A stretch of 64,000 bases of DNA from an uncultured virus (IMG/VR IMGVR_UViG_2667527573_000005) (IMGVR_UViG_2667527573_000005:1-64000), one strand, 5' to 3'. Counted from the first letter of the stretch, positions 19,501 through 29,588 are shown. A program made the numbers and translations. Notes: a model not told the origin generated them from the letters alone.

Positions 19501-21294
19501 TGAATACATCCTCTCTCGGTAAAAATGAAATCTGAATCCCTTAATGGTTCAACCGTTGCTTTTTTGTACCCATTTCCTTTAGTTGAAAAGAAGTCATGAG
19601 ATTTGGTCTTAGTGCTCAATCCATTAATAACAATTGGGTTAACGTCTTCTTCCTCAAACAGATGATCGAATCCCAGGTTGTTTAAAGCTTTATTAGCATT
19701 GTATCTGATGAATTTCTTAACATCAGGAGCTAAGCCAACTTGATCATAGACATCTTCTGTATACTCCAATTCATTTTCGTAAAGCTCCTGCAGTAAGTTT
19801 AAAGCCCATTCGTATAATTCCTTTTGCTTCTGTGGTGTTTGCTTCTTATAAATCTCCTGAGCTAGCAATCCGATGTATGTTCCATGTATCGCTTCGTCTC
19901 TAATACCCTTAGTTCAACCGAGTTCGCTACTATCGGTTCGTTGCCTTACCGCAACCGCCTTACGTTACCGTAAGGAGCAGACTATATCATCATCCCAGTA
20001 GGATGCCTCCCGTTTCGATTTAAGGGGTTCTCACCCACGCCAATAGCTTGCGCCCTACTCGTTTTGCGGAATTTCGCCGCCTATGCGATAGTCGTTGAAC
20101 GTTCTATGCGATCCCATAAAGTCTTCCATCTTCTTTTATGTCGAATTAGACTAACGTAACGAGGATGAAGGCTGTATTTTTCACCAGCTTCAACATTGTT
20201 CATTCCAGCAATCAAATCATAGATTAAATTTGTTGCCTCCATATTAGTGAGCTTTGACATTGAATTACTTTCTCCAGGTTGTCCTGACATTAATCCAATT
20301 TTCATTGCATGTAGAGTATTTTCTTTAGGTGTAACTATTTCTAAGTTCCGAACGTGGTTGTTTAGTTTATTTCCATCTATGTGGTTTACAAACATTCCTT
20401 TTGGTATATCATGAATAAAATATTTTGCGACTAACCTATGTACTAAATAGTTCTGTGTTCCTTTTTTCGGATGCGTGTATCCTATCATTTCATAGCCATG
20501 TGGAGTAATAAATGTCTTTCTTGGTTTCTTTATTTTTTTTGATATGATAACTCCCGTTTCCGTTATCCACCAAGGTGCTTCTTCGACTTCTTTCCTTATC
20601 ATTTTCACCTCCTTTGGGTTCGCATAGCTTCGCTGCTGATTGTCCTAATAAGGATTTTCCAGCAATTAGAGAGGTTCACATTTGCCGTTGCCGACAAAAG
20701 GGACTATTAAATAATCAGGTTGATGATTTCACCGCTTTGCATGAGTTTTCCTTGTCCGTAAAAGTAAAGTGGATAATAAAACCCTGAGTAGAAAAGAAAA
20801 CTCTCCAGAAACACAGATGCAACCATTGCTTTGAATAAGGAAATATCATCGTTTTTCTGAACTGCTTTATAAATTGAAACAATTGTTCTAGCCTTCTTTT
20901 GAAGAAACCTATTGTTTTTCACCCATTCGAAGACTTCATTGATCTTCTCGGTTGGAGCCAAAGTTAGAAAGATGTTGCTGTAAGATTTCGCATGGACAGC
21001 ATTTTCCATCATGGCCATAAAGTTTAATACTGCTTTTCTTTGATGCCCTTCAACGTGCTCGGCTACAATCGGCATGCCTGTGTTCCCCTGCTCTGTGTCC
21101 AATAATGTAAGTCCAGCTAAAACTTTCATATAAGTGTCTTGTTCCTTTGTTCCAAGATACTTCCAAGTGAGAAGATCGCCGTTTAATGCGATCTCTTCCG
21201 GAAGCCAGAACTGCTTTACGTTTTGGTTGTAAAACATTTGGGTAAAATCATCTTCATGCTTTGACCAGTTTGCTGCGTCATAAATTTTTGTCAA
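19497..21294 (-). CDS. nrdF: Class Ib ribonucleotide reductase beta subunit, split by an intron: exons 21294-20714 and 19905-19497 (329 aa spliced)
   Basis: Exon 1 ...GEIINL-AT joined to T-ATT-AGA-GAC restores [10 protein letters not shown]; 581+409 = 990 nt. Confidence 0.95.
19906..20713 (-). ncRNA. Group I self-splicing intron (808 nt) in nrdF
   Basis: 5' exon ends in U, intron ends in G; removal restores the frame; contains GATATAGTC core-like motif and an HNH ORF. Confidence 0.93.
20081..20608 (-). CDS. yosQ: Intron-encoded HNH homing endonuclease
   Basis: VHRLVA...[11 protein letters not shown]...NLE...EN..HA motif. Confidence 0.93.
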   Translation of the reverse strand: MKMIRKEVEEAPWWITETGVIISKKIKKPRKTFITPHGYEMIGYTHPKKGTQNYLVHRLVAKYFIHDIPKGMFVNHIDGNKLNNHVRNLEIVTPKENTLHAMKIGLMSGQPGESNSMSKLTNMEATNLIYDLIAGMNNVEAGEKYSLHPRYVSLIRHKRRWKTLWDRIERSTTIA

Positions 21295-21540
21295 TTATTT
21301 ATCCTCCTTTTCTAATTTGAAAATCACGTCTGTACTACAGGTAGGACATGCGTCGTTGAGGGTAGTAAAACCGTCGTAATCGCATGTAGTTATCTTTCTC
21401 TTTTCACTAGATCCGAAAATATGCCCGTTAATACATTCGTACTTTTGTTCGTTAGCTTCGAAATTAAGTCCACAACCTAATAACAAAACCGTAACGATAA
21501 CTACTCCCCAAATAATAAAAATTGCCCCTTTCTTAAACAA
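21295..21540 (-). CDS. Small protein between nrdE and nrdF: hydrophobic N-terminus with LLGC lipobox-like motif and Zn-ribbon-like C-terminus (start uncertain: TTG 21540 or ATT 21516)
   Basis: FKKGAIFIIWGVVIVTVLLLGC...YECINGH...ACPTC. Confidence 0.55.
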   Translation of the reverse strand: MFKKGAIFIIWGVVIVTVLLLGCGLNFEANEQKYECINGHIFGSSEKRKITTCDYDGFTTLNDACPTCSTDVIFKLEKEDK

Positions 21541-24500
21541 CGCATGACAAGCAACCCTCTTGAGTCGTATCCTTCGTTCGAGCATAATACAGCGTCTTAA
21601 TTCCTTTGTGATGCGCATATAAATCAATCCGGTTCAGATCGCGCGTCGTCATCGTATCCTTCAAGAACAGCGTAAATGAAATCCCTTGATCGACGTGCTG
21701 CTGAATAGTCGCAATAAGATCAACAACTTTAAACATATCCATGTCGTACGCTTCCTTGTAGAAGAACCAATTCTGCGGCGATAAACCTGGCATTGGATAA
21801 TATGTCTTACTGTTTCCGTATGTACGTTCCTCAATTCTTTCCATAATGGGCATTACACCCGCCGTAGATGATTGAACATATGAGATGCTTCCCGTAGGTG
21901 CAATAGCCTGCCTATACGAATGGTATAAGCCATATTTCATTACATCTTCTTTAAGTTTCGTCCAATCTTCAATGTTAGGAATATGTTGATCTCCAAATAG
22001 CTTTTTAACCTTTTCAAACTGAGGGCTATAATCATTTGTTACGTACTTTTCGAAATACTCACCTGATTTATAAGTTGAACAATCAAACTTGTAGTATGTC
22101 TCCCCTGTTTCTCGTGCAATTTCCATAGAACGCTGCAGTGAGTAGAAGTTAACCATCATAAAGTATGTATTTGCAAAATCCTTAGCTTCTTCACTTTCAT
22201 AAGCAATATTATTTTGAGCTAGAAATCCATGGAGGTTCATCTGCCCAAGACCAATTGATCTCATTAGTGTATTTGCTCTCGCAACTGCTGGAGCATTTAC
22301 AATGTTTGTTTTCCTTGTGACAGTTGTCAATGAGTCAATTGCTATTCTTACTGTTGAAGCAATTGATTGATTACTCATTACATTTACAATGTTCATTGAG
22401 CCAAGATTGCAGGAGATATCTAAACCAATTTCATCTTCCTGATCATAATCTGTATAAACTGATACTTGTGATGATTGAAGTACCTCTGAACAGTTGCCAG
22501 TAACAATTCCATTGAAAATCAGAGAGTGATAGTCTTCTTGTGTTGTATCATAAACATCCTCAACACCATCTTCTTCAATACTAATAATTTCAGCTGTAAA
22601 ATCATGCTTTGGCTTTCTTGACTTAGGTTGCAATGTCTCAGTTAACAAATTGAATTTATAAACATCGTAATCTTTCAATTCAACAATACTCATAAACAAC
22701 TCTCTTGAGTTTCTATCTTGAATACTGATTTTGTGTGTTGGTTTAACATTGTAAAGCTTAGAACCGCCTTTTCCATCAGGAAGGAGTTCTTGTGAGCGCT
22801 TGTTGTTAGAATAAATCGTTGTATAAACACCCATGTTCAGTAACAGCTTCTGAACGTCCTGAAGGCTCTCATAGTGGATGGATGTTAACTCAATAGTTAA
22901 TGCTTTGGCTTTATGATTTGCATTTACACACCCATCAGTCTGGAATAAACCCGATAAATAAGCTGCTTGCGTTTCCTTGTTAGCTTGAAAAATGAATTCT
23001 GGGACTCTTGTTTTTCTTTCTTTGTTCATACCGAACTTCTTCAAGATGTCAAATAAGACAGTACTATTCATGTAAAGCAAATCTTGTTTTTCTGGGTTGG
23101 CCATATTAAATGTTGGGAGAAGTGATGTATTGTGCTTATAAGCACGATCAACCTTGTGTTTATGAATAATACGGTGAACTGCATCAGTAACTTTCTGCTC
23201 AAGAACTTTTTTATTATCGTATAAATAAATCTTGGCAGTTTTTTCAGTAATTGTTCCATCACCAGCTATAATGCCCATAATGTATGCAAGATCGGGTTCA
23301 TGAATTTTCCCGTATGCTCCTTCAGCTGATTGGACTAATAATTTATCGCCCGTTTTCAGTTGATTCAATTGGAGCTTTTGAATTTCGCCATCTCTTTTCA
23401 CATAGAATTTGTGCCACTCAGTTGCCCTAATTTCATATCCTTGCTTCGTTTTGACTTTAAATATTTCCGCATCTTTTTTAGTCAGTTGCATTGGAATTGC
23501 ATCTACAATTGTTGTACCTTTGCTATCAACTGCAAAATCTTTTGTTCTATTATCAATGACAACTTTAAGATTATTCTGCTTTTTGTAAAGATCGGCTGCT
23601 TTTTCATATCCATTCTCAGTTAAAAGAAGTGTTTCTCCAGTAACACACAAATTTGAAAACTTCACTTTTGAAATATGTTCATTTGGATGCACTTTATTTA
23701 CATTGTCAGCAAACATGACATATGGATAACCAGATTCGCTTCTTAGAATGGCCAATTGCTCTAACAGCTTTCGAGCATTTCCCTTTGATTTTCTAATCCT
23801 AGGATTTTCGACAAGCTCATCATACATTTTATTGATGTCCATCTCATCAAGATACTGTCTATATTCTTTGTAGACTGAATGAGGATAGAACATGTAATAA
23901 TCCTTGTCTTCCCTTGCAAGTTCAATAAATTTATCTGGAACAACTACACCAATAGATAATGTTTTAACTCGGACATCTTCATCAGCACTTATTTTTTTGG
24001 TATCTAGGAAATCTGTAATGTCTGGATGGAATACACTTAGATAAACTGCTCCTGATCCTTGTCTTTGTCCCATCTGATCTGCATATCTAAAAGCATTATC
24101 CAATAGCTTCATAACACCTACGACACCTTTAGTCGCATTCTCTACGTCTTTAATCGCTTCACCTTTGGCTCTTAGTTTGTTTAGATTTAATGCTACTCCT
24201 CCACCTAGCTTAGAAAGCTGCATGGAGATATCAATAGCACGTGAAATATCATTCAAACTGTCGCCTACTTCAAGTAAGAAGCAGCTCACCATTTCACCTC
24301 TTCGCTTACGTCCAGCATTAAGGAAAGTAGGTGTTGCCGGCTGATACTCTTGTTTCATCATAGTATGTACTTCCTCAACAGCTTTCTCATAATCACCATC
24401 AGCGCAATATAAAGCCACAATTGAGACACGATCCTCGTACCTCTCCAGGATCTTTGTTTTATCGTTTGTCTTCAATGCGTAGTCATTGTAGAACTTAAAC

Positions 24501-24787
24501 GCGCTCATAAAAGATGGGAATCTAAATTTGTAACTGTAAGCAATCTTATAAATTGATTTAATCTGTTCAAATGTGTATTGATCTAAGAATTCTTCTTCGT
24601 AATAATCATTTTTAATCAGATAATCCAGCTTCTCTTTTAAATCATGGAAAAAGACTGTGTTTTGATTAATGTAGTCAACAAAGTAACTATGTACGGCCTC
24701 CTTATCCTTTTGGAATTGATACTTTCCATCTTTCTGAATCATGATCTCATTATTGAGCTTGATCCACTTTGGTATTGTGTTTGTCAA
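21533..24787 (-). CDS. nrdE: Class Ib ribonucleotide reductase alpha subunit with intein (1084 aa from TTG at 24787)
   Basis: PATPTFLNAG, VSCFL, SNL/CSE, APTGSIS, C-terminal CLSCVV; AGGAGG RBS. Confidence 0.97.
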   Translation of the reverse strand: MTNTIPKWIKLNNEIMIQKDGKYQFQKDKEAVHSYFVDYINQNTVFFHDLKEKLDYLIKNDYYEEEFLDQYTFEQIKSIYKIAYSYKFRFPSFMSAFKFYNDYALKTNDKTKILERYEDRVSIVALYCADGDYEKAVEEVHTMMKQEYQPATPTFLNAGRKRRGEMVSCFLLEVGDSLNDISRAIDISMQLSKLGGGVALNLNKLRAKGEAIKDVENATKGVVGVMKLLDNAFRYADQMGQRQGSGAVYLSVFHPDITDFLDTKKISADEDVRVKTLSIGVVVPDKFIELAREDKDYYMFYPHSVYKEYRQYLDEMDINKMYDELVENPRIRKSKGNARKLLEQLAILRSESGYPYVMFADNVNKVHPNEHISKVKFSNLCVTGETLLLTENGYEKAADLYKKQNNLKVVIDNRTKDFAVDSKGTTIVDAIPMQLTKKDAEIFKVKTKQGYEIRATEWHKFYVKRDGEIQKLQLNQLKTGDKLLVQSAEGAYGKIHEPDLAYIMGIIAGDGTITEKTAKIYLYDNKKVLEQKVTDAVHRIIHKHKVDRAYKHNTSLLPTFNMANPEKQDLLYMNSTVLFDILKKFGMNKERKTRVPEFIFQANKETQAAYLSGLFQTDGCVNANHKAKALTIELTSIHYESLQDVQKLLLNMGVYTTIYSNNKRSQELLPDGKGGSKLYNVKPTHKISIQDRNSRELFMSIVELKDYDVYKFNLLTETLQPKSRKPKHDFTAEIISIEEDGVEDVYDTTQEDYHSLIFNGIVTGNCSEVLQSSQVSVYTDYDQEDEIGLDISCNLGSMNIVNVMSNQSIASTVRIAIDSLTTVTRKTNIVNAPAVARANTLMRSIGLGQMNLHGFLAQNNIAYESEEAKDFANTYFMMVNFYSLQRSMEIARETGETYYKFDCSTYKSGEYFEKYVTNDYSPQFEKVKKLFGDQHIPNIEDWTKLKEDVMKYGLYHSYRQAIAPTGSISYVQSSTAGVMPIMERIEERTYGNSKTYYPMPGLSPQNWFFYKEAYDMDMFKVVDLIATIQQHVDQGISFTLFLKDTMTTRDLNRIDLYAHHKGIKTLYYARTKDTTQEGCLSCVV
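22493..23647 (-). mobile_element. Intein (385 aa) with LAGLIDADG homing endonuclease in nrdE
   Basis: CVTGET...IVTGN followed by extein Cys; MGIIAGDG and LSGLFQTDG motifs; inserted at the catalytic SNL|C. Confidence 0.96.
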
Positions 24788-25145
24788 TAAGTTGTACCTC
24801 CTGAATGATCTTCTGTAAGTCATGTTTCGTTCCACTAAGTTCAAATTTTAATAACAATGGTGTGTGGAACTTAGCTGAAAGCTTGTCTCCAGCTAAACCA
24901 TAGTTATCACCCCAAACCTTGTTACCACTAACAGCAACTCCCCTTATTTTATTTTTATTCTTATTGATAAAACTCAAAGTCCTTTCAGGTACTTCCCCAA
25001 AGCCTATCGTATATGTAATATGTATGAACTCTTGAGTGATGATCGTATCATCAGTTATTTCAATTGCCTCAATGTCTAACTCTTGTTGCAACGCTTTTAC
25101 AAACCTTCTTACATTGCCAGTTTTACTCTCATATGTAATGATCAC
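24750..25145 (-). CDS. nrdI: Flavodoxin-like NrdI
   Basis: YESKTGNVRRF, TYTIGFG, SGNKVWG, KFELSG. Confidence 0.95.
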   Translation of the reverse strand: MIITYESKTGNVRRFVKALQQELDIEAIEITDDTIITQEFIHITYTIGFGEVPERTLSFINKNKNKIRGVAVSGNKVWGDNYGLAGDKLSAKFHTPLLLKFELSGTKHDLQKIIQEVQLIDKHNTKVDQAQ

Positions 25146-25498
25146 TAATCGTTATAGGCTCCTGTAATTAATCTTGTAGTTGCACATTCAGCTTCATTTT
25201 CAGCGTAATTGAATGCTTCTGATATCTCACGATTAATGTCGCCCATTTCCATGTATCCCTGTGCCATACTTTCATATAAGGAACTCTTCTTAACTGGAAC
25301 GTAATCATCTAGATTCTTTTCTAATTCAACAAATTGATTTCCCTGTTGGTCAGTTGCAATAATCTCTCCTTTTAATACAGGAAAAGATTGCCCATCAGCT
25401 AAATGAATATGAGTGTTCTCATCGGCTATTGTAAAGCTAATAATGTTCTTCTTTTTTACATATTGTTGAGTTGGATCAATACGTCTAGCTGCCCCCAT
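25145..25498 (-). CDS. yosL: YosL-like protein
   Basis: 117 aa upstream of nrdI; C-terminal YESMAQGYMEMGDINREIS resembles the MazE/EndoAI C-terminus. Confidence 0.75.
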   Translation of the reverse strand: MGAARRIDPTQQYVKKKNIISFTIADENTHIHLADGQSFPVLKGEIIATDQQGNQFVELEKNLDDYVPVKKSSLYESMAQGYMEMGDINREISEAFNYAENEAECATTRLITGAYND

Positions 25499-25499
25499 T

Positions 25500-26228
25500 T
25501 TACATCTCCTTATTAATCTTATTTAACTTAGCTTTGCTTCCTTTTAGCTGTATAGCTTTTATATTATATGCTTGCGCAGCTTCTATCTCTGAAGCAAACT
25601 CACCAATTTTGATATTTTTCTTACCATCCCATATTTGTGCTATCCATAATTCTTTAAAGCGACTTACGCCCCTATACTGTGATGTCTTTTTTCTTGTTCT
25701 ACGGTGTTTCATCCACTCATTTTTGTCCATATACGGACAATCATTAAGGTTTGAAAACTCTCCAAATCTTTTAACAGCATAGTAGTTATATGCGTTCACT
25801 GCTGCAATTTCATTATCAAAGTCTCCCACATTGTCATTTTGAATTCGGACTGTCCAACAGTTTTTGTTTTTATGATATGAAACTCCTTTAAATTTAGAGG
25901 TCTTATTCTTACCTAAAAAACCATAATGAATATTTCTATTTCTCATGTTCTCTTTATGAGAGCAAACTCTTAAGTTCTCCCTTCTATTATCTAATGGATT
26001 ACGGTTTATATGATCTACGTGTACTGACCTTCCTTTTGGAGGTTGCAACAAGATACGGTGCAACTCACCCGTAGGGAGTCCCATGTTTCTAATCTTTAGC
26101 TTACATTGAACATATCCTAGCTTATTGACATATAAGTCATAGCAAAGGCTAATGAACGGGTAATCTAATTCGCTTACAAGCACTTCTTCATTATTAATGG
26201 TCAATATCCGTTTACTTATTGTCATCAT
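25500..26228 (-). CDS. Free-standing HNH endonuclease with two AP2 DNA-binding domains
   Basis: LHR...VDHINRNPLDNRRENL; SKFKGVS..W...AVNAYN and SQYRGVS..WIAQI...EAAQAYN repeats. Confidence 0.9.
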   Translation of the reverse strand: MMTISKRILTINNEEVLVSELDYPFISLCYDLYVNKLGYVQCKLKIRNMGLPTGELHRILLQPPKGRSVHVDHINRNPLDNRRENLRVCSHKENMRNRNIHYGFLGKNKTSKFKGVSYHKNKNCWTVRIQNDNVGDFDNEIAAVNAYNYYAVKRFGEFSNLNDCPYMDKNEWMKHRRTRKKTSQYRGVSRFKELWIAQIWDGKKNIKIGEFASEIEAAQAYNIKAIQLKGSKAKLNKINKEM

Positions 26229-26250
26229 CCTCTTAATTTATTTTTATTCT

Positions 26251-26517
26251 TTAAAGTAAACTTCCATCCATAATCAAAACTCTTTCTTCATTACTTTGAA
26301 GTTCTTCGAGAACATCTGATATTGGGGACAGTTCCTGATCCTCGGTTACTGTTCGGCTGTGTTTAACAGCTGCGTACAACATACCAACTTCTTTGATCTC
26401 ATCTCTTAAGTTCCCGTCATCATCCGCAACTTCTTCTGTATATAGCTTTATTGCCTTTTCCTTTGTATTTGCTTTAATTAATGCGTAGTATGGGTCACAC
26501 ACCTCAAAGAATTTCAT
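26251..26517 (-). CDS. Hypothetical phage protein
   Basis: 88-aa ORF. Confidence 0.7.
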   Translation of the reverse strand: MKFFEVCDPYYALIKANTKEKAIKLYTEEVADDDGNLRDEIKEVGMLYAAVKHSRTVTEDQELSPISDVLEELQSNEERVLIMDGSLL

Positions 26518-26533
26518 CTTATTACATCATCTC

Positions 26534-26746
26534 CTAATTGATTTTTGTAAACCTATTTACCTCTTTTCCATCAACAACAATTTTTCCAAAGAACATTTCT
26601 TTAGGCCTTGCCCACAGAATGCCATCCATGTCTTCATATGTAACCAGCTTTTCTTCTGTTTCAGTGTGAATGACCTCTCCTATAACCTTATACAGACCGC
26701 CTTTATAATGTCTAAACCAGCAACCAACTACTTCGTATGTATCCAT
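26534..26746 (-). CDS. DUF1653 family protein
   Basis: RHYKGGLY.V...HTETEEKLVTY...WARPKEMF. Confidence 0.85.
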   Translation of the reverse strand: MDTYEVVGCWFRHYKGGLYKVIGEVIHTETEEKLVTYEDMDGILWARPKEMFFGKIVVDGKEVNRFTKIN

Positions 26747-26752
26747 TTGAAT

Positions 26753-27131
26753 TTATTGTCCCTCAAATTTCAGTTTTAGTCGTTCATATTCTAATCTTTC
26801 CTGCTCTTCTTTTTTCTTCTGGTATTCAATTTGACGAGCTTCTTCTGCTTTTTTAAGCTTCAGCTCATAATCAGCCCAATCCTTTTTTGTAATGATTTTT
26901 AGTCTATTAAGTTCATGTTTTGCATATCTGTTCTCATATAACTCTTTTTTTGCCCGGCATTCATTAAATACAATGGTATTTGTTTGATCTTCGTCCAAAT
27001 CAAAAACCTGTTTTACAATCAACACCCCCACCATCTTTGGTTACGATTATAGTGCTATCACAAAATCGGTTTGCATGAATGAATCCAATTTCTTTGCCGA
27101 TCAGTTCATTCGGTTCTGATATAAAGTACAT
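26753..27131 (-). pseudogene. Frameshifted paralog of the 18853-19215 gene
   Basis: AGGAGG RBS, MYFISEPNELIGKEIGFIHANRFCDSTIIVTKDGG then +1 shift in G5 tract (27025-27029); span 379 = 3n+1. Confidence 0.8.
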
Positions 27132-27146
27132 TTCCTGCCTCCTTAT

Positions 27147-27338
27147 TTAAGACTCCTCTAAATGAAACAATAAAACATTTTCATATGGATCTAATTGAAT
27201 TTCATTGCTTGTTTCTTCACCATTAATTCTGAATTCAATTGGCGTATCTCCGTTAAAATCAAATTGGTCTTGCAGCGCTTTAATTACATCACTAACTTTA
27301 GGATTAATTAATTTCCCATTGATCTCATCATAAGCCAT
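27147..27338 (-). CDS. Hypothetical phage protein
   Basis: 63 aa, AGGAGG RBS. Confidence 0.7.
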   Translation of the reverse strand: MAYDEINGKLINPKVSDVIKALQDQFDFNGDTPIEFRINGEETSNEIQLDPYENVLLFHLEES

Positions 27339-27365
27339 TGGTTATTCCTCCTTTTCTCTTTAAAA

Positions 27366-27701
27366 TCATCCTTTTAAAGTAATGAATAAAATCCCAGTTC
27401 GCTGACTGCCCCGCCATTTAACTGCCAAGTCTCCTGCCATGTTGAAATGAATTTTATTAATGTCCACCTTTAACACCTTTGTTTCGCCCTCATAACTTGT
27501 CAATTTCATTTTAAGTGGACTTTTTATCCCCTCATTCAAATCAAACACCTTATATGCTGTTGAATTCTTACCAGTGTTTATAGTAATCCTGTCCTCATCC
27601 TCAACAGCTTCAATGTTCTGGTAGTGAAGAACAATTTTCGTTTCCTTCGGTAAATAATTATTAAATTTTTCTTTATAAACAGAGATTTCCTTTAAAATCA
27701 T
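27366..27701 (-). CDS. Hypothetical phage protein
   Basis: 111 aa; sole gene between palindromic sites 27361 and 27730. Confidence 0.7.
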   Translation of the reverse strand: MILKEISVYKEKFNNYLPKETKIVLHYQNIEAVEDEDRITINTGKNSTAYKVFDLNEGIKSPLKMKLTSYEGETKVLKVDINKIHFNMAGDLAVKWRGSQRTGILFITLKG

Positions 27702-27754
27702 ATCTGCCTCTCCTTTTGCAAAATTGGTTTAAAATAAAACTTTTATTTAGATCT

Positions 27755-28177
27755 CTAAATCTCATCGGCTCTAAAGAATCTCCAGAGACGTTTCCACCAG
27801 GAAGTTTTGCACTTATCATTTTCTTCTTTAACACATTGATTTTCTTGTCTTACACACTGTTGCCATTCTTCTTCAAGTTTTGCTTGCTCTTGAATCGCCT
27901 TTTCAAGGCTTTCTTTGTCTTCAATTGTTTTAATGATTTTATCAGTCTGATACGTCCATTCATTATTGGTGTTCCGCTGCCTATCAGTAACAACTACATA
28001 TTCATTAAAACCAGGAATGTATACTTTGCCCCCAACTTCAATTGGATCTAAGTCAATTATTCCTTCGAAGAAACAGTTGAGTTCGATTTTCTCATATTCA
28101 GAAAAACGACTGAGTGCGTCCAATCCATATGATTTATTGATTATCTTGCCTTCAAACTTAGCTTGATGTCTCCCCAC
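27755..28177 (-). CDS. Hypothetical phage protein
   Basis: 140 aa, AAGGAGGTG RBS. Confidence 0.75.
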   Translation of the reverse strand: MGRHQAKFEGKIINKSYGLDALSRFSEYEKIELNCFFEGIIDLDPIEVGGKVYIPGFNEYVVVTDRQRNTNNEWTYQTDKIIKTIEDKESLEKAIQEQAKLEEEWQQCVRQENQCVKEENDKCKTSWWKRLWRFFRADEI

Positions 28178-28189
28178 TTATTCACCTCC

Positions 28190-28510
28190 TTAAATGTAGC
28201 TTCCCATTTCATATTCTGTTATGATACCTTGTTCAATAAAATTAGCCATAATTTCTTGCACTTTATCATTAGTAACGTATGGGAATTCAAGTTCCTCTCT
28301 TGTGCAAGCTTTCATATAGTATTGATAATCATATGGCTGTAAGTATCTTTCATCTAATACGTCAATTTCACCCTTGAGACTCTTTTTATGTATTGTTAAA
28401 TTAAATGTGATGTTAGGTTGAATTGACTTTATGAAGTACCACTTTGATTTCACGTGATCCGTAAAACCAATATCCCTCATTTGTTTATCTTCAAGAATAT
28501 GAAACTTCAT
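28190..28510 (-). CDS. Hypothetical phage protein
   Basis: 106-aa ORF. Confidence 0.7.
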   Translation of the reverse strand: MKFHILEDKQMRDIGFTDHVKSKWYFIKSIQPNITFNLTIHKKSLKGEIDVLDERYLQPYDYQYYMKACTREELEFPYVTNDKVQEIMANFIEQGIITEYEMGSYI

Positions 28511-28642
28511 TATCTTCCCTCATTGATGATCTTCTTTAATGCTTTTAGAAGCATATTTAGTGATTTCTTGTCACCCATTTCATCCCGACTTAATTTATCC
28601 TGCATTTCAGTTGCTCCTTTCACGATAAAAATTGAATTTTAT

Positions 28643-28819
28643 TTAGACATTACTGATAATCAATAAAACCAAGCCGGCTATGAATGACATTCCAGCTATA
28701 ACTAATAATCCAAAAGCAATTTGAGGTTTTATTCTCCTTTTCGATCCATATGTATCTATTGATACAAGCCCAATCAACAAAAGACCGATGATTTCAAGGA
28801 CATTAATTGCAAATTGCAC
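28643..28819 (-). CDS. 58-aa two-helix membrane protein (YosB-like)
   Basis: AAGGAG RBS, GTG start; MQFAINVLEIIGLLLIGLVSIDTYG...AGLVLLIISNV. Confidence 0.65.
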   Translation of the reverse strand: MQFAINVLEIIGLLLIGLVSIDTYGSKRRIKPQIAFGLLVIAGMSFIAGLVLLIISNV

Positions 28820-29137
28820 TGTGCCACTCCTTATTATTTGTTTTGATTTGTCACATACTGCGCTTACCCGGGAAATTATGAATATTTTCTTCTGACTATT
28901 TCCTCTTTTATAAGTCCACCAACAGCAACCCGTCTAACCCATACACTCTATCTCTTTCAGTTAACTTTCCGTTTTTTCTATTGTCTTCAATGCATTTTCT
29001 GCTTGTTTTCGATTTGAGTAAATATGTGGGTGGTAACCATAGAGATATTTCCCTTCACTCTTTGCAGCAATTACGAACATGTTCATTGCTCATCTCTCCA
29101 TTCTGGATAAAAGGAATATTTTATAGTAATTTTATTT

Positions 29138-29329
29138 TTATTCTAATTGCAACTTCAAAAATTTTAGTGTCTTTTCTAATTTCATGGCCATACAATGTTC
29201 CAAACAATTTTTCTGCAATTCTTCACCGCATTCTTTATGTACCGGAAATTCTTTATAATCTTTGTCGTCAGTAATTCTTATGTAATAGACAATCCCGTCA
29301 ATATGCTCTTTACATTTTGCGCACCCCAT
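29138..29329 (-). CDS. Small Zn-finger-like protein
   Basis: CAKC...HKEC; first gene after promoter at 29356-29384. Confidence 0.65.
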   Translation of the reverse strand: MGCAKCKEHIDGIVYYIRITDDKDYKEFPVHKECGEELQKNCLEHCMAMKLEKTLKFLKLQLE

Positions 29330-29355
29330 ATCCTCACCTCTCTTCTTATGAATCT

Positions 29356-29408
29356 AGCATACTCTTTATTGCCCACTCAGTCAATAGTAATTTTATTTTT
29401 ATTCTTTA
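29356..29408 (-). promoter_or_regulatory. SigA promoter with upstream repeated element
   Basis: Minus strand AGAATAAAAATAAAATTACTA-TTGACT-17 nt-TATGCT. Confidence 0.8.
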
Positions 29409-29588
29409 TATTGTTTCTTTAATATTTCTTAGCTTATCAAAAGCAGCCATTATATCTATATCACACCGTTTCCAAATCTGACTCTCTTCTGGCCTAAGTG
29501 TGTTCTCCAAATAAACATAAAGCTTATCTAATATCCCTTCAACAGTATCAATATCATCGATTACAATATCTCTGACAGTATCCCTAAT
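29406..29588 (-). CDS. 60-aa hypothetical protein with ATT start
   Basis: GGGAGAGG RBS then ATT AGG GAT...; open frame fills the gap after yorX. Confidence 0.55.
   Translation of the reverse strand: MRDTVRDIVIDDIDTVEGILDKLYVYLENTLRPEESQIWKRCDIDIMAAFDKLRNIKETI

Noticed and set aside
19497..19868. Separate 123-aa nrdF-like gene or nrdF pseudogene
   Set aside because: It is exon 2 of intron-split nrdF
24788..24844. N-terminal extension of NrdE in the ORF track
   Set aside because: AGGAGG RBS points to TTG at 24787; the extension overlaps nrdI
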